A DNA stretch of 64,000 bases from Raillietiella orientalis. Its lineage: Eukaryota. The notes under the pieces were generated by a model. It was not told the DNA's origin, did not search any database, and saw nothing but the letters and a program-made list of their open reading frames with translations. Shown here one piece after another: positions 60,701 to 64,000 of the stretch (its first letter is position 1; the number at the start of each line of letters is the position of its first letter). A program made the position numbers and the translations under genes. The stretch is from assembly GCA_036172245.1 (NCBI GenBank), contig JAYWIR010000058.1:682001-746000 (forward strand), read 5' to 3'.

Positions 60701-63700
60701 TGGCTTGGTTTGTTGTTGCAGGGTCAGCAAAATACGCGTTGCACAAAAGAGTATCCATCTGCATACTGCATACATTTTCTCCGTAAACATGTGAATTGGA
60801 AAAAATAGTGTTGCAACATGTGGTCTCATAATAGCTTGCGAAAAAGTGAATAGTTTGAAATTTTATTCATTGTCAAGGAAACCAATGTTGCAATCCAAAG
60901 AGCCATGATTGAGATTAATTGTATTTCAGAAAATAACATATTTTCGCATGTGTTCAAAATGATGTTTACCATTGCAAAAAGCCTTGGTGTCTTACTTACA
61001 TACAAGAAAATTGACGTTGCCGACAATCGAAAACACGACAAAGTGGAAATTAGAGGTTTCGAAACACATTGGAATATGGTGTGAAATGTTAAAGACGGAG
61101 CGTCTGAAGATGCCAGAAGAGGATATAGAAGCTTTGTTTCTTTTGCTGTTCTCATGCGAAGCAGCTGTACATACAGCAGATTATACTATAAATTCAATCG
61201 GCATTAACAAACCGAGAATACGTTCTGTTGTGTAGCAAGCAATTGCAACCAAATCAACATTTCAACCTCTGCACACGCATGACAACCGCGTTATACGAAG
61301 TTCGTTAAGATTAGCAGTGCTTATGGAAGGATAAAAAAGCAGCTTTGAAAATGCATAGATGATCCTAATCCTAGGTGTGCGTATAGTGGTGAGCAAACAG
61401 AAGCACTTTCTGTTATGGATGAAAGGCATGAAGCAGACCATTAGAAAAGAATTCACGACATTATTTTTAAAAGGCATTGTAGATAGCACCAAAATTGGCG
61501 AAGCAGTGGTTGCTGAATGGTCGTCGATACGAAATATGCAACTGGTACACTCATGTCAAAGAGTCGGTTTTTACAGTTTCCTATTTTGAAATCTCGTAAC
61601 TCAATTCTGGTAGCAAGAATGGAATTCTGAGATCGGATCTCTTATGTCTAATCATGTTGGCATCTAAGGTGTACACAATGGATCCAGTTGAAGACGATCA
61701 AAGAAGAGAGCAATGCTGCAATTTGTCGGAAACCTTTCCTCTTTCTTCATTTTGTTAGTGACTTCTGCAGGGAATTTGATCTGCCGTGAATATTGATATC
61801 TTTAGATGGCTTGGTTTGTTGTTGCAGGGTCAGCAAGATACGCGTTCCACAATAGAGTATCCATCTTCATACTGCATACATTTTCTCCGTTAACATGTGA
61901 ATTGGAAAAAATAGTGTAGCAACATGTGGTCTCATGGTAGCTTGCGAAAAAGTCAATAGTTTGAAATTTTATTCATTGTCAAGGAAACCAATGTTGCAAT
62001 CCAAAGAGCCATGATTGAGATTAATTGTATTTTAGAAAATAACATATTTTCGCATGTGTTCAAAATTATGTTTACCATTGCAAAAAGCCTTGGTGTCTTA
62101 CTTACAAACAAGAAAATTGACGTTGCCGACAATGGAAAAGACGAAAAAGTGGTAATCAGAGGTTTCAAAACACATTTGAATATGGTGTGAAAAGTTAAAG
62201 ACGAAGCGTCTGAAGATGCCAGAAGAGGATATAGAAGCTTCGTTTGGTTTGCTGTTCTCATGCGAAGCAGCTGTACATACAACAGGTTATACTATAAATG
62301 CAATCGGCATTAACAAACCGAGAATACGTTCTGTTGTGTAGCAAGCACTTGCAAGCAAATCAACATTTCAACCTCTGCACACGCATGACAACCGCGTTAT
62401 ACGAAGTTCGTTAAGATTAGCAGTGCTTATGGAAGGATAAAAAAACAGCTTTGATAATACATAGATGATCCTAATCCTAGGTGTGCGTATAGTGGTGTGC
62501 AAACAGAAGCACTTTCTGTTATGGATGAAAGGCATGAAGCAGACCATTAGAAAAGAATTCACGACATTATTTTTAAAAGGCATTGTAGATAGCACCAAAA
62601 TTGGCTAAGAAGTGGTTGCCGAATGGTCGTCGATACGAAATATGCAACGGGTACACTCATGTCAAAGAGTCGGTTTTTACAATTTCATATTTTGAAATCT
62701 CGTAACTCAATTCTGGTAGCAAGAATGGAATTCTGAGATCGGATCTCTTATGTCTAATCATGTTGGAATCTAAGGTGTACACAATGCATCCAGTTGAAGA
62801 CGATCAAAGAAGAGAGCAATGCTGCAATTTTTTGGAAACCTTTCCTCTTTCTTCATATTGTTAGTGACTTCTGCAGGGAATTTGATCTGCCGTGAATATT
62901 GATATCTTTAGATGGCTTGGTTTGTTGTTGCAGGGTCAGCAAGATACGCGTTCCACAATAGAGTATCCATCTTCATACTGCATACAGTTTCTCCGTTAAC
63001 ATGTGAATTGGAAAAAATAGTGTTGCAACATTTGGTCTCATGATAGCTTGCGAAAAAGTCAATAGTTTGAAATTTTATTCATTGTCAAGGAAACCAATGT
63101 TACGTCAAAGAGCTCATGATTGAGATTAATTGTATTTCAGAAAATAACATATTTTCGCATGTGTTCAAAATTATGTTTACCATTGCAAAAAGCCTTGGTG
63201 TCTTACTTACATACAAGAAAATCGCGTATGCTGACAATGGAAAAGAGAGGAAAGTGGAAACCAGAGATTTCTAAACACATTTGAATATGGTCATTTAAGT
63301 ACGGAGCGTCTGAAGATGCCAGAAGAGGATATAGAAGCTTCGTTTGGTTTGCTGTTCTCATGCGAAGCAGCTGTACGTACAACAGATTATACTATAAATT
63401 CAATCGGCATTAACAAACCGAGAATACGTTCTGTTGTGTAGCAAGCACTTGCAAGCAAATCAACATTTCAACCTCTGCACACGCATGACAACCGCGTTAT
63501 ACGAAGTTCGTTAAGATTAGCAGTGCTTATGGAAGGATAAAAAAGCAGCTTTGAAAATGCATAGATGATCCTAATCCTAGGTGTGCGTATAGTGGTGAGC
63601 AAACAGAAGCACTTTCTGTTATGGATGAAAGGCATGAAGCAGACCATTAGAAAAGAATTCACGACATTATTTTTAAAAGGCATTGTAGATAGCATTAAAA

Positions 63701-64000
63701 TTGGCGAAGCAGTGGTTGCTGAATGGTCGTCGATACGAAATATGCAACTGGTACACTCATGTCAAAGAGTCGGTTTTTACAGTTTCATATTTTGAAATCT
63801 CGTAACTCAATTCTGGTAGCAAGAATGGAATTCTGAGATCGGATCTCTTATGTCTAATCATGTTGGCATCTAAGGTGTACACAATGGATCCAGTTGAAGA
63901 CGATCAAAGAAGAGAGCAATGCTGCAATTTGTCGGAAACCTTTCCTCTTTCTTCATTTTGTTAGTGACTTCTGCAGGGAATTTGATCTGCCGTGAATATT
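39800..64000 (+). repeat. Complex tandem repeat (satellite), ~1.1 kb monomer, about 22 copies, continuing past the window end
   Basis: Marker TTCAACCTCT (or a close variant) recurs at about 39971, 41176, 42289, 43398, 44507, 45705, 46815, 47922, 49030, 50232, 51337, 52446, 53552, 54620, 55727, 56834, 57940, 59049, 60155, 61261, 62367 and 63467. The same short ORFs recur in the ORF track at this period. Confidence 0.98.

Noticed and set aside
39800..64000. Array as a CRISPR-like locus or a tandem protein-coding gene family (recurrent ORFs such as MRLILSGRLVV..., MSCLANTCKQ...)
   Set aside because: There are no unique spacers and the context is eukaryotic. ORFs are short, vary in start/stop and frame between copies, and show no consistent splice structure; they are by-products of the repeat.

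Overview
Eukaryotic genomic DNA, probably arthropod judging by the CRMP N-/C-termini and the RPB5 and CSN1 sequences. It has three zones. (1) About 2.3-16.4 kb is GC/CpG-rich and holds a CRMP/dihydropyrimidinase-family gene (+, 13342-16120) that has lost all six catalytic metal ligands. Three upstream phase-0 exons (two of them paralogous) may encode a long N-terminal isoform. (2) About 17.5-39.7 kb is AT-rich and holds four housekeeping genes (RPB5, LSM8, CSN1/GPS1, RIOK2) with mostly 40-56 nt introns and one U12-type intron. It also holds an internally deleted piggyBac element with intact TIRs/TTAA, a MITE-like inverted repeat and decayed TE remnants. (3) About 39.8 kb to the window end is a head-to-tail array of about 22 copies of a ~1.1 kb monomer. 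It starts as a 4-monomer ~4.53 kb higher-order repeat and changes into a ~1106 bp monomeric array. Translated by eye, the monomer is a decayed, TIR-less piggyBac (PGBD2/3-like) transposase core, i.e. a transposase-derived satellite. Exon structures, motif alignments and composition statements were all made manually; no database searches were run.
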